Source of the DNA: Cystobasidiomycetes sp. EMM_F5
Taxonomy: Eukaryota
Assembly (NCBI GenBank): GCA_051047955.1
Contig: JBPGPT010000024.1
Span: 124,001-188,000, forward strand
DNA: 64,000 bases
Direction: 5' to 3'
Positions 12,338 through 25,167 of this stretch are shown piece after piece. Both the position numbers and the translations under genes were made by a program. The stretch's first letter is position 1. Every line of letters begins with the position of its first letter. Under the pieces are notes generated by a model. It did not search any database. It worked only from the letters and a program-made list of their open reading frames with translations, and was not told where the DNA came from.

Positions 12338-15281
12338 ATGAACACGCCGCAAGCCAACACTGGCAGCATGGCGTCCACGAGCAACGAAAGTGCAAGCGCC
12401 AGCTTCCTGTTCAGCGACGACGACGAAGACGAAAACAACAAAGTCGCTGGCAGTGTCGGGGCAGAAGATGTGCCAGACTCGTCGGGCGAGCAGGACATGC
12501 ACGACATGATGGACGTCGATATGCCCGGCGTGGGTAACCTGCTGCAAGGGCACGTCCAAGGGCCTTTCCATCGCCCGCTTCGTCAGTCGCCTTTGCGTTC
12601 AAATAGTAAACACGTCGAGCCAGACTGACGCGTTTTGCTCTGCAGCTGATGTGGCAGGACCCTTCACTCGACGAGCAGACAACCCAGCATCCTACGACGA
12701 AAAGGCAAGCTCTGGATCCAATCTCCCGCCTCGAAGCCCGTCTGTTGCGACAAGCACGGCTACCCATCTCCTTCCATCGCCACCGAGCAAATCGACCTCT
12801 GCAAACAAAACAAGCAAGAGCGGCAGTATGTTGCTAAAGTCTAGCACAAGTCGCATCAGTCTAGTCCCGCTCGCCTCGTCGACAGAATCTCCACAAAATG
12901 GACCGACGTCTTCACAGCGTGAGATACTGGAAGAAGTAGGCTTCAACAGGGATATGAACAGGAGACGCGCTAGACCCGCTGCGTCTAAAGGCATTCAAGA
13001 TAATGAAGGGCAGAGTAGTCGCATTCTCGTTCGAACAAGCGCTTCTGTGAATCTCCCAACCTCGGATGATGAAATGCAATTAGGGCAACCCTCATCCAAG
13101 AGCAACAGCAGAAAACAGTCTACCAAATCCAATATGTCGCCAAAAGCTCAGGCTAAACCATCCACAAGCCGAGACGAAACAGCCTCATCCAAGACAACAA
13201 TTCCAGTACAACAAATTATCGATATCGCATCGTCGGATCCAGCCGAACAAGACGAAGGAAACGATGGCGACGACAGCCTGTTGCTTGAAATTGAGCGCGC
13301 TCAGGCTAAAGAGTCGGACGAGGACGAGAGCTACGACGAGAAGGGTAAAGGAAAGGGTAGAACTCGATGGGAGAAGAAAGGACCAGATCGAAAGAATGCG
13401 AAAAGGAAATCGTCAAAGACTCTTGGTGACAAGGTGGAAGAACGAGATACAAGGCCAAAGAGGGCGACCAAACGAAAGAGACAAGCAAGTGGTGGAGAAG
13501 AATCAGCGACGTCTCTGCCTACGGTTAGTACGAGCGTGGCAAAAGGAAGGAATGCAGCACAAGTCAGAGCGGAAGCTAAGCGAGCGCAACGTGAAGTTGC
13601 AGAAAATAGTACTCCCGCCGAAACTGTCGTCATCGAAAGCGAAGGCGATGTACTCACAGTCGCAAATGGTCCAGGGGCGCGGGTCCTGAAGCAACTGTCC
13701 GAACAGGGAAGCTCAGAGAACGTCACTGAGTCGACAGTGGATAAAGCCGAGCGCACGCAGAAAGCGAAGGCCGTGTCCAAGAAGGCCAAAGCCGATAAGG
13801 CCATCACTAAGGGCAAACTCCCGAAATCCTCGGAACTCGTCGATGATGAAGATGTGGAGACTGAGGCTGCAGCTGCAGCTGGTGCTCCTCAGGCACGAGA
13901 TGAAGCTACAGCCGAGGCTACAACACCACTCGTCGTATCGTCAATCGCACGCAAATCGAAAGGCAACAAGGCCAAGAAGGTAGTCGTCGACTCATCCGAA
14001 GGTGAGGGAGACGAAAAGGACGAGCCGAAGGATGGAGATGCTCCTGAGGAAGGTAGTGAATCGGTGGCATCATCACGCTCGCACGCTAAAGCGCTGTCCA
14101 CAACCGCATCGGGCAAAGGGACCAAGATTGTCGTGGAAATCCCTGTCAGAAGAAGCATGTCGCCACGGAAGCCGACAGCGACGAAGCGTAATTTGGAGCA
14201 AGATTCGAAGGATGTCGCGAAAGACAGTCCTCACTTCGGTAATCCGCACGAAGGTGCCGAAAGTAGCGGCTTGGCAAAGGATGGGGCAGGTGTCACCGAA
14301 GACATAGTACCGACAAAGTTCTCGGCGGGCAAGAAGCGCAAATCGCCAACAAAGAAATCTGAGACTGCGCCACGCGAGAGGAAGATTGTGCAAACAGATG
14401 ATGATGACGACGATGACGATGAGGAGGATGTGGGCGATATCAGCGAAGCGGAAGAGAGTGATGATGAAGCTCCTGCCCAACCTCGAGCAACGTCGAAACC
14501 CACAGCTAAAGCAAAACAATTGAAGAAGTCGCCCGGAAGGAAAGGGGCGTCAAAAATTGACCAGAAGGCACGTGTACCGAGTGCAATGCCTGCTTCCCAT
14601 AGCGCTGCAGAAACGTGTCCAGCACCTGCGGACGAGCCTGTAGCGTCTACTTCTACAGTCGTTACTAAAGATGAGGCCAAGAGCGGCGGCATAATACAAC
14701 CCAAAGCAAGCAAGAACGCAGTGATCAAGCGTAAGTTGCTTGGGTTCAGCGTGTTATACCAGTCGAGCTTATACTGCTGCACACAGCGCTGCTCTCGGTT
14801 TGTCACAAGATAGGAGGAGCCCTAGGGGTGAAATCGCAAGGCATGAGCAAGAAGCATCGGCCGCCGCCACTTCTGTCTTTCAGGGGCGAACCGCCAGCTA
14901 AGCGACCGCCTCTGCCTGTCGGTAAATCGGCTTGCCTGGGAGTGACATCGCGCCGAACTGAGATTACGATACTGTAGAAAAGAAAAAGCTGAAAAAGGGT
15001 CAGGAAATCTATTCTGATGAAGATCAGGAGGAATTGAAGGATCAACCAGAGGGTACGCTGGCGTATTTCATTTCGAATGCTGGACTGACAGACATTTCAT
15101 GGCTGCAGAGTGGTGGGACCGCGAGGACTATGTCGAATGGGAGAAACGCAAACGTAAGCGCATGAAGGCACGCGGAGAGCTGGATGACGATTCGCCCCCC
15201 AAGAAGAAACATGAGGCTATCGCCGGTCCTAGCGGTAGCGGTAGTAATGCAGCAGATATGGAAGAGCACTTTAGTGATTAG
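12338..15281 (+). CDS. Large low-complexity, highly charged (S/K/E/D/A) protein, probably disordered and nuclear (multi-exon)
   Basis: 720-aa central ORF with Lys/Arg clusters and acidic runs. Canonical introns near 12606-12645, 14731-14812 and downstream; C-terminal EWWDREDYVEWEKRKRKR. Confidence 0.7.
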
Positions 15282-15432
15282 TATGTAGTCAATTCGCGTT
15301 TCATCGGCTGTGTCCCACATAGGGTTTTGCAGCTCTGTATGCAGTATGACCCACACAAGCGACCTGACGAAAGTCGGCTTCTGCACATACATGCGATGTC
15401 GCGCAAGGGGGTAAAAGATACGTCACATGCGT

Positions 15433-17918
15433 TCATCCGCTGGGATCCCACTCTTTGAATGCAGCCTTGAAAGACTGACAGTCTTTGGCCTCTTCATCAT
15501 CAGGCCGTGCACAGGCCTTCCAATCAGCTCTCGCTGGCACTCCGAGCAATAAAGCAGCTGTTTGACGTCCGAACTGTAGGCTGAAGCGATCCGCGGGCCT
15601 GATCCGGTGGACCAGCTTACTGCCATCTGGGAGGTCGACCCTGAGATAGTTGCCTTCGACCAACGTCTTGGCTATCTCTTCCTGCATATGCTCATTTGTA
15701 TCGGAGACGAGCGTATAGCCAGCTTTCGCGCCCTCGGCTATGAAAAGTGCTTCCGCACCGGTTGCAAGTCGCCTCGGCACAGGGAGGATTTGTACATGCG
15801 CATGGCCGGCTTTCCCGACCCCTGTTCGAGATACTTCCATTGCAAGAGGCTGACAGCCGTATTTGTCGTAGCATGACCTTAGAGCGCGCTTATAGGCATC
15901 AATCTCTGCATATATTGGTGCTGACAGGTCACCAGGTACTTGCGACAAGGTTGGATAGTGCGCAATCTGGAATGATGACATACTGTCAGTAGGTGCTTGG
16001 CCAGCGTCGTGGACACAGCAGCATACCGGAATAATTAGGCAATGGCCGCCGCCTGGCACAGGAGTTGATGGGTCTTCTGGATCCCACACCTGTCCTTTGG
16101 GAAGAGTTAGGTACGTTTCTGATCCTATTGACGCGATGAGATGTTTTGTAACGTTTGGATTGGACAAACAGAACCAGCACTCTTCCGCTGGTTGGTATGA
16201 ATGACTTCAGCTTCATATACTGTCAACGACTATGGAATAGCTGCTCACGAGCAATCTCCTTTTGTGATCCGTTGGTTCGCCGAGGTCTATCTTGATCTGC
16301 CTGGCCAGCTTCTGGACAGTCCTGAATCCAGTGACCGGGTGTATTCTTAGAGGCAATGTTAGCCTTTGCTTTGAATGCTGTCGTTTCTAAGGATCACTTA
16401 CGCAGAGTCGACAAGTATACGTATCTGGCGGAGGCCGTCTCTGACCTTTGTCATGCCCAAAATCTCTACCTTTGCCACGAGCGCGCCTATCGCCATTTGC
16501 ACCACCGAAAATGTAGTTTGGCGCAGTATCCATGTCGTCAAAAGCATTCGTTGCTGATTCGGATTCTGCTATACTCCGCTTGGTCCCTCGCGTTTGTCCG
16601 TTTTCTTCCGTGATGAATGGATATGGCGTCGCATTTGGCGGTATGTCTTGATGCGCCTCGCTTGAAGAGGGCGTGACGGAGAACGCGTAAAACCAGCGTT
16701 GTTTTGTCGTATTTCCAAAATAACCAAGAGACAAGAAGCGTGTAGCACGCGATGTAGACGCTGTCGACCCGTTACTCCCATTGACAGCAGGCGCATACGT
16801 ATACGGTTCCCGTTCCCAAAAGACATTATGTGCCGCTGCAAAGTGGTATTTTGGTCTACAGTGCTGTAATACATGATGCAAAGCCGGCGTTGCGTTCTGC
16901 TCGAAATGCTGCCGTGATATAGACTCTGATAGCGGCTTATCGCTGCCTCGTAGAATTCCAGATGGCGCGGCGTGAGTGAGGAGAATGTCGAGATTGGCAG
17001 CAGAGTCTTGCGATGCGAATGCGGTCAGAGAAGCGGCGGAAAGGTATGCTGAGTCTGGCGATGATGTCTGTTCGTTGAAATGTTCCGGAATATATGCCCC
17101 ACCGCACACTCCAATCTTGAGACCCGACGCGAGGGTGAAGACGGTCTGCTTGCCTGTAGAGTAGAGAAGAGAAGGCATCAGCTCGGTTATATTGTAAAAT
17201 AACCGCAAAGCCAGAGGAAACGTGGAGGCGTCTCATATTAGATCAAGAATGTATACGTCGAGCAGGTGAATGCTAGACCGAGAGCTATGCGGAGATATGA
17301 GAGATGCAGCGAGCTAGGCGGTTGTCGGAATGACCCAACCCTCCTTCCTGGTTCAACTGCATCCTTGCTGTCTGCCAGCTTTGCGGCATTCACAGCACCT
17401 GGAACCGCACATCCCGCCGCATGATTTCTCGATGCAGAGAGATGACACGAGTTCTTCTCGTTCTAGTAAGGAATTCGAGACTCTCATTTCAAGTGTATAG
17501 GATTAATCTTGGACGGTTTTCGATGAATGATGATGGATTCAAACGTTCTGCGTACCGAGGAATGTCAAGTTTTCGCACACCTCCCCAGCATTACTGTCCA
17601 CCTTATCCTTGATGGCAGCAGGCAGAGCTCTCTCTCCGAGCATAAAGTACGTCGGGGCCGTCACTTTCAGCTGGCCATCCAGCAAAGCCGTCACATCTTG
17701 GTCGTCCTGGCCTTCCTTTGCGGCTGGAAAGAGGTCACCGCAGCACACCACTGCGCTGAATGGGCCATGCTTTGCGTTGATGCCGGCTGCTTTTGCCAGC
17801 AAGCCAGACACTGAGCCAGCGTTACTCCCGACGACGAGGCTGCATCAATACTCCCTCATCAGCCTGTAAGCCAGCCGTACGAGCCATAGTATACCGACAT
17901 CTTGTCGCGAGCAGCCAT
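15433..17918 (-). CDS. DRN1: CWF19-like protein 1 / Drn1 (pseudo-metallophosphatase + CwfJ domains)
   Basis: INAKHGPFSAVVCCGDLF, PTYFMLG, NLTFLG|KQ, DILLTH, CRPKYHFA, FWEREPY, TRFLSLG, RWFYAF, CLSNPNVTKHLIASIG, GGHCLIIP, HAHVQILPVP, LQFGRQ, RADWKAC. Confidence 0.92.
17154..17555 (-). ncRNA. Candidate intron-hosted structured RNA (snoRNA-like) within a 402-nt DRN1 intron
   Basis: Intron is several times longer than typical here. Nested inverted repeats: 17266-17273/17386-17393, 17303-17309/17357-17363, 17320-17324/17336-17340. Family not identified. Confidence 0.4.
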
Positions 17919-18144
17919 GGTCTTGTCAGTTTTTGAATTGGCTTGTAATTGAAAGCCGGCATTAAAGACCGTTTCAAGGTATTCTCATTACCAATTCATG
18001 CCAGATTAGAAAACTGCTTGGATATCCTGACTATGAACCTATGAGTATGCACTGGCTGCTACTGTAAAGCCCTCCTGCAGACCAATGTCGCGGAATTGCC
18101 AGTCTTGTTGCAGCGATAATTGGCAGAGCTGACCGGCCCAAACG

Positions 18145-21100
18145 ATGGCAACGACGGCCAACGGTGCTTCAGCACCTCAGCGGCTCCAAGTAACGCTGTC
18201 CTATGTGCCAGCCACGGCCGTCCAGCAGAAAGCGCTCAAGGACGAGATTGAATCGCATCTGCCGCTGTCAGACCTCGTATGGCGGTCATCGACGAGGGCA
18301 GTCTCGAGGACTATCGAGGGTCTCCAGCTCGACTTTAGAGACTTTCACCACGCGATGAGCGAGGCCGCAAAGCCTCAGCAGATCCCAATGACTCTCCTCG
18401 ACCGGCCGTATCTTCATATACTATTCATCTTCTCGGATGTACGGCACTGTTACGTGCGCTCTACGTGTCCTTCTAATGCCTTCCTCTCTCAACAGGACAA
18501 CGAACAGTACCGCGCAATACTCCGCCAGAAGGTCCGCGACTGGCTAGACAGTCTATCCAGCAAACGGCAAACCGAATGGCTCATCGTACACGTAACAGCT
18601 CAGAAGAGTGGCCCACGCAAGTTCTACCAGACCAAAGGGAGTGTCTTCGACAAGCTGCGCGCAGATTTCAACACTGGCAAACGGGATCGATGCGTCCAAC
18701 TACCGCTTCCTGGAGCTCCAGCATCCGAAGAGGATCCGACAATTTGGCGAGATTTTGTAGCAAAACTCAAAGAGCTCCTCGTAGCTTCCATTGACGCCAA
18801 CTTTACGTCGTACGAAGACGATGTCCGCAGAGTCGATGCACAACGCCAGATGCCAGGCTGGAATTTCTGCACCTTCTTTGTAAACAAGGAAGGTCTGGCG
18901 CAATCCTACGAAGCTATGAATCTGCTCGAAGACGCGCTTGTCCAATATGACGAGCTAGAAGCGTCGTACGCTCTTGCAGGAAAGGGTCAATCACTATCTT
19001 GGTTCTCGCAGCTTGGAGGGAACGAGCCAGGAGATGACGCCCTCAGCATCCTAGACATGACAAAGAAGCCATACAGGCAGCTCATAATGCAAAATAGTAT
19101 ATCCATCTTTGACTTTCGGATATACCTGTTTGCAAGGCAGGCCGCTCTCGTTTCGAGCATGGGCAAAGTAGCAGAGCTGGCGAAAAGAGCAAAGCCATTC
19201 ATCTATAGCATCTCAAAACTCCTGCGGGCTCATGGAGTGTGTTTCAATACTCTGGGCCGTATCCCGATGTACTGACATACACGAAAACAGGGTGCGCTTC
19301 AACGTAACTTTCTCGAGTACTTTGTCTTTTCGGCATGCATGGAGGTTGTAAATATCTGTACAAGCATGGTCAAAGCTCGGAACATGAATTCGGCTGCTAT
19401 TCCCGGCCTTCTACCACTACTGGCTGAAATGCTGGAGTTGGCCAGCCGACAGGCCGAGAAATTCGGCATCTTTTTAAATTATCTGCCCAAACACCATCCA
19501 TTTACGATGAGTGCCGATGTTAGTATGATGTTGGACGGCGACACTGAAGAGGGAGAAGATAAGCGCCCGCTGCCAGTTCCTACCAGCCCCGTCCTCCGCC
19601 AAATGCTTGAGAGTGAATCGGCATTCGATGTCATATACAAAGATCTGCTGCAGCAAGCGTATAACGCGTGGACTGATAGTGGTCGACCAAGAACAGCAAT
19701 AAAGTTACGTGGATCTATGGCGGCTCTAGAACAGTAAGCACAGAGGATATGAGAGAGGCAATCCGGACTGATGCAGAGGCAAACAGAGGTCGAAAGCAGT
19801 TTCAAACCGCAGAAGAGTACTACGGTTCTTTATCTCATCGATATAGTGAAACACGATGGGTCGCTATCGAAGGGCAAATCCTAAGACAGTCAATCATCAT
19901 CCAGGAACAGCTGCAAAAGCCACGCGATAGACTTCTCTCGACGCTAGCTCTCCTTCGATCCGGAATAGAGAAGGGCTCCGTCAGCTGGACAGTCGGACGA
20001 GCGATGGGAGAAGCCGAAGATCGAGTGGCTGCTGCCTTGATTGCAGAAGTACGGACTTTATCCCTGCTTCTCGAAAAGGATCTAGCCTCGAATGCTTTCC
20101 CTGTCTTTGTGCTTGACCTAGTCGGGCTCCAAGGCCGGCAAAGCGATTCGGACGAGGATGGGCCTAGGGTTGCGGTTCACGTTACAAGCTTTCTGCCATG
20201 CGATGTTGAGGTGGACGAATTACGCTTCAAATTCGTTAGCGTGGCAAACGGAGAGCCATTGTGGCTCACCTCTCCGGCAACGACGCTTCACACAGGCAAG
20301 GCTACCGTCTACGCTAGTGCAATTGTACGTCATGCGCGAATAAGACTGTCTCCTAAGACTGATGCTCTCGCAGACTAGCGTGACAGGTGCATACGCATTG
20401 GACCTTTCACAGATACGATTCGGCAAAGTCGTGTTCCAGTATTCGCATCGGCCACAGTCTCGTGCTGCTGTGCCATCCGCCAGCGCAGCTCACCCGGATA
20501 GCGTCACTACTGGAACGCAACCAATCGTAGTATTCCCTTACGATGCTTTGGCGGTCGAAGTCAGCTGCAAGGGTTCTGATGAGAGTCAGTTGTCATCTGC
20601 AAAACGCATTCAGGCTGCGAACTGATCTTCACTTTATTTCCAGTACATCTCGACCAGCCTCGGAGACTCTTGGTGACGATACGACAAGGCCGTAATGCAC
20701 TGTTGGACGCGAAAATCCGTCTTGGTGATCCACAAAAGCGCCTTTCGTTCCATATGTCCGAAACTGCAGCAATCACGGATGGTGAGATACTCCGAATTCT
20801 GCTCACTTGCAATGCGATACTAGTACTGACACATCGAAAAAGCTTGTGTGGTCGATACATCGTTAGAAGGAACAGTTGCTCTCTCTCAAATCGTCTCTGG
20901 CTCCTCCATGGAGCTTTGCATACCGTACAATGTCAATACCGCTGAAAACATTGTTGATGTTCGTATCTATCAGCTTATCGAAATACACTCACTGACATCC
21001 GTGCTGCAGGTTCCGGCTACGCTTGAGTACTGTACGGTAACGCGACCAAATGCAAAGCGGCAGCTCCGGACGCTCCTTCGTGTACGTCTGGCCCTGCCGT

Positions 21101-22466
21101 TGGCGGTCAACGTTCAAGACTTTCTTCGCGACGACTGCATCATATCACGATTTACTGTAGCTACCGATGACCTTCAGCCTATCACGATTCGTGACGTTGA
21201 CGTCGCATCCACCGAGGACTATACAGTCACGCCTGCTGTATTACACCGCGCTGAACCTGTAGTAAGTGAAATCAGCAAAATTGATTGAGCACGGATTAAT
21301 GGGCTGTACAGTCTTTCCATGCCTCTATGCCTTCTAATTTCATCTTTCGCATCCGTCGTAAAGATTCACATGCACGTCAAATACCACCGTCTCCTTTGCG
21401 AGTTCGCTTCCACTATCGTACCTCTCGCGGAGGCAAGTATACTTCATCCGTGCATGCTCTAAACTGACTGTTGCGATGCACATATCCTACAGGCATCAAC
21501 GCTCTTTTGCGTAATCATCTGTCCGCCGTTTTTGCTAAGCATCAGCAACCTCTATCAGAACGATGCCGCTTGGCCATCATTTCCGGTATTATCGCCATCC
21601 CAACTGCTATCAAACAGCTACTTCACGCACTGGACAATGCCGGTACATTGTCTGATGTACAGCTCGAAGCGTTTGATCCCATATTTTGGCGAGAGCGCCT
21701 TGCGTACTTTATTGCAGGCGAGCCAGAGTGGCATTCCTTCGAATTTGCCCTCTCAGACGTTTTCAAGGTAAGGTATCGCTGGCTATCAAGCGTAATTGCG
21801 AACGGCTTAGCCGACTATCCATTTACGCCAGACACCGGTATCACTGGCGTGCTTAGATAAACAACCATGGAAATTGCTGGCCATTCCCTTTGAAGTGCCA
21901 TACGTTTCCGTCAGTATCTTCTGCTTCTCTTGGCTGGTTGCGGTAACTGACGCGCGTCCCAAAATTGACAGATATATAATCGCGTGCGGCTGGATCTGTG
22001 CCCAGATTCATCTCAGCGCATAGCAGTCGGAGATCTAGTCCCTGCTATTCTCCGCATACACACATCGTATAAATGGGCCTCAGCCGAACAACGCATCGAT
22101 CTCTTAAACAGGACGCAACGACTACTATATGAAGTTCTACCGGTAACTGAGGACTGGTTGTTATCGGGCCGCAAAAGGGCGGAATTTGCTCTCGAGCCTT
22201 CCGACAATGGAGAAAAGGATATCGAGGTTCATCTCCAGCTCATGCCGATTCGAACTGGCAGGATAATCCTTCCCAGCGTAAGCGTTGTACCCTTGGTAGG
22301 GCTCAATCACCAAGTGGACGGAAGTACTGGACGACCTGGATTACCGACAAGCGAGATGTTCTACGTCAATGCTGCATCTAGTATCGAGGTCATTCCGGCA
22401 GAATCTGAATATACTAGCGTCTACTTCGACAGGCGAGGTCAGGCGGAAGTCATTGCCGGAGTGTAA
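18145..22466 (+). CDS. TRS130: TRAPPII subunit Trs130 / TRAPPC10 (multi-exon)
   Basis: LPLSDLVWRS, EWLIVHV, SVFDKLRADFN..RDRC, YEDDVRRVDAQRQMPGWNFCTFFVNKEGLA, ISIFDFRIYLFARQ, and C-terminal DWLLSGRKRAEF..LMPIRTGRIILPSV. Confidence 0.93.
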
Positions 22467-22670
22467 TCAGTGTGGTAAACTCAGGGTGTCCCGAATTATT
22501 GTTGTTGTCTCCACGCCTCTATACGCAAAGCTGAATCGAACACTGCGTAACGTTCAGCTCAATCTCTATCACTGCGTCGCGCTTGCAATTGCTCCGATAA
22601 GCTGACTTCATGCAGCGCGTCGATATCAGACCCGACCCCACAATATGCATTTTGAATCCGCTTTTCAGTC

Positions 22671-23603
22671 ATGTCTGCTGAAGGAGACAGTCTAACAAGA
22701 TTGCGAGCTATTCTGACGCCTGAACTGCTCTTGAAGGTCAACAAGCTCGTCATACCTGCTCCGCACACGGAACCCGCAGAGCTTTTCGACAGATTTTACG
22801 GAGACACTCCAGACTTTGTTGGCGAGCTCGGTCGCATCACTATCGAGCCTGTCTTCAGACCACTATCCCTGATACCTATCCAGTCTTATCCTGCTCGCTT
22901 GTTGGACCTCTTGCCCCTGGCCGAATCGTCAGATTTCCTCGAACAAGCACTGGGACTTCACCTCTTGCTGGATCAAGCTACCCGGCTGGTCTTGAAGCGT
23001 CATAATGTCCGGTGGTGCTACGGTTTCTTCGGGCCGCTCGCAACACAACTGGCACAAGATTTTGAGACCCTCCCCCAACACCTGCGACCAGACAGAATGT
23101 CGCGATGGATGGAAGAACTAGGGTATTCCTGGCAGGAAGCTGCACTACGCGCTACCATTTTCGAAACTGCTTTTGTACACTCCGAAAGCGTGCAGGACAA
23201 TGCCATTTCAACTGTCAAAGCAGAGGAATTTCGTAAAGACATCGAGAGGATAACAGGGATGCAAGATCCAAGCAGGACAGCCGCTAAAGCCCTGGCAATG
23301 GAGCACGAAGTCGATGCCCTGCCAAGACTCGTTATGGCCGATCTGATACCACCGGTCTACTTTAGTAGAGATAGTTTTCAAGACTTTTTCTGGTTCGACA
23401 TGCAAATCAATCGAGTGCACCAGCCCATACTGGAAACATTTGGGCGATACCCATGGAGGAATGCAGCGCTTGGTCGAGATCTCTCTCAAGAGGAAAACGC
23501 ATACATGCTGAGTATTCGGGGTTTCGCGGATGTTGATCAAGCCATAGCGCGCGACATAAGAAACGATGCACAGAACGGGATCTGGAGACCCTTGACTAGC
23601 TAG
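22671..23603 (+). CDS. DUF924-family protein, intronless
   Basis: LLLDQATR, HSES and H..ILETFGRYPWRNAALGR motifs typical of DUF924. Confidence 0.85.
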   Translation: MSAEGDSLTRLRAILTPELLLKVNKLVIPAPHTEPAELFDRFYGDTPDFVGELGRITIEPVFRPLSLIPIQSYPARLLDLLPLAESSDFLEQALGLHLLLDQATRLVLKRHNVRWCYGFFGPLATQLAQDFETLPQHLRPDRMSRWMEELGYSWQEAALRATIFETAFVHSESVQDNAISTVKAEEFRKDIERITGMQDPSRTAAKALAMEHEVDALPRLVMADLIPPVYFSRDSFQDFFWFDMQINRVHQPILETFGRYPWRNAALGRDLSQEENAYMLSIRGFADVDQAIARDIRNDAQNGIWRPLTS

Positions 23604-23674
23604 TCTATACGACCCACCAAGTCTAACATCCTAGAAGGAGCACCCACTCTCGTGGCGCGGGACGTGAAACACAA

Positions 23675-23956
23675 CTAGTGTGCAGACCCGGTGGACGTGG
23701 CCGAGCTCGAGGCTGTTGAAACAGCGCTACGTGGGTCGTTCTTGGCTGCTCCAGCACAATCGGCATCCAGGATCAGAGTGGAGCCATTCTGGGTCACCGT
23801 AATGACAGTCGCTCTGTCAGGTTCGTCGATGGTAGTGGTGACTGTGACTCCATCCTGAGTGTACGTCGTGAGTCGCCCGGGCATAGGAGCTGCGTAAACG
23901 GATCGCAGCGAGAAAGCTGCAAGGACGATAGAGACGGATGCAAGCTTAGCTAGCAT
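23675..23956 (-). CDS. Small secreted protein (93 aa), distant member of the 25909/26831 family
   Basis: MLAKLASVSIVLAAFSLRSVYA-AP signal peptide; QNGSTLILDADCAG resembles DNGSTKVLEGDCPD; TATATA upstream near 24074-24080. Confidence 0.65.
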   Translation of the reverse strand: MLAKLASVSIVLAAFSLRSVYAAPMPGRLTTYTQDGVTVTTTIDEPDRATVITVTQNGSTLILDADCAGAAKNDPRSAVSTASSSATSTGSAH

Positions 23957-24446
23957 ACTGAAGATGTGACCGATAGAGAACGTGTTATGAATTGATGATT
24001 TCGAAGTCAAAAACGTATGGAATGATGGCGAAAGTGAAAGTGAAGTCAACTTGAAAGCTTAGAAATGGCAAGCATATATACTCAAGACAAGGTCCCTGCT
24101 AAACGGGTGACAGAGCCAGAATAGCAGTGCAAGCAAACAGAAGGGGCAATTGACAAAGAATGTGCACTCACTTTCATTGTTGTCACAAAGGCAGATAGAC
24201 GGTTCGGCGTGCAAGCGGTCACTGCCACCCTGCTAAATATCTGCTTGTCAAGAGAGAGTCAGCTGGTCAGCAACGGGGAGCAATGGCGATTAGGCATCAG
24301 GGGATGGCTAACAGGAGTATTCAGCAACGGGAATATTTAATTTATCGCAATTTTTGCCATGTCTAGGTCAAGTTGATGCAACAAAAGGTCGCTTTCTACA
24401 AACCCGATGACTCAACGATGTCATTAAGACACTTGTCAAGCTGTAA

Positions 24447-25167
24447 TCAGTGTGGTGGCATGCCCTCGAAGCCCTTTGGTGCTCGCTGGGTTACGACTGG
24501 CAGAACATCCTTGAGGTAGATGTCTACAGCCTTGGAGGCCTGGAGCTTCTGCTTTGTTTCCTTGTCGAGGATACCAGCCTTGACTGCAACGATATCAGGT
24601 GCAGCCTCTGGCGAGTGGATGATGGGAGAGCCACAGCTGGTGAGACTTGAAGTCAGCAGGGTCGACGGAGATATGAAGATCGTCTCAGCGTACTCTCCGC
24701 AAAAGACGCGGTGCACAGGCTTGCCAGAATCGCCTGGCTTAGCGTAATCCTTGTCCTTTCCGGTGATCTTGACCTTGTCTAGATGCAACGGAATGTCAGT
24801 TTAGACCATGTAGCGAGACGAGCATTGACGCTTACCCTTGGGGCAGACCAAGACGAGCGAGTAAGCAGACCCGGTTTGCCGTTGGCACTGTTGCATGTAT
24901 CCGAGAAATAATCAGCAATGGGCGTCACAGGCTCCTCTGTGCCTGGACGTACAGCATCGCAGTGACTGGAAAGCGACAAGAGGGCATCAGCTACGACACC
25001 GAGCTCATAAAATAGCGCCCACTCACTCGAAGCCTAGTGTTGCATCCTCGAGTGCGATATCGATTTCAATCTTGGTCGCTCCACAAAGGCTGCCCAAGTT
25101 GCTTCAGGTCAGGTCGCCTCGCATACTCTGACAGGACGGCGGCTTACCAGTGACCTGAGAGACCCAT
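24447..25167 (-). CDS. GFA/Mss4-like zinc-binding protein (6 exons, including a 13-nt micro-exon at 24953-24965)
   Basis: Spliced product MGLSGHCLCGA..DHCDACQRQTGSAYS..GDSGKPVHRVFCGDCGSPI..VAVKAGILD. Confidence 0.88.

Noticed and set aside
17154..17555. TPP riboswitch, SRP RNA, U3, RNase P/MRP or telomerase RNA as the identity of the long DRN1 intron
   Set aside because: Diagnostic motifs were not found (CUGAGA with GAUAAU..AGCG; SRP helix 8; U3 boxes; P4; telomere template).
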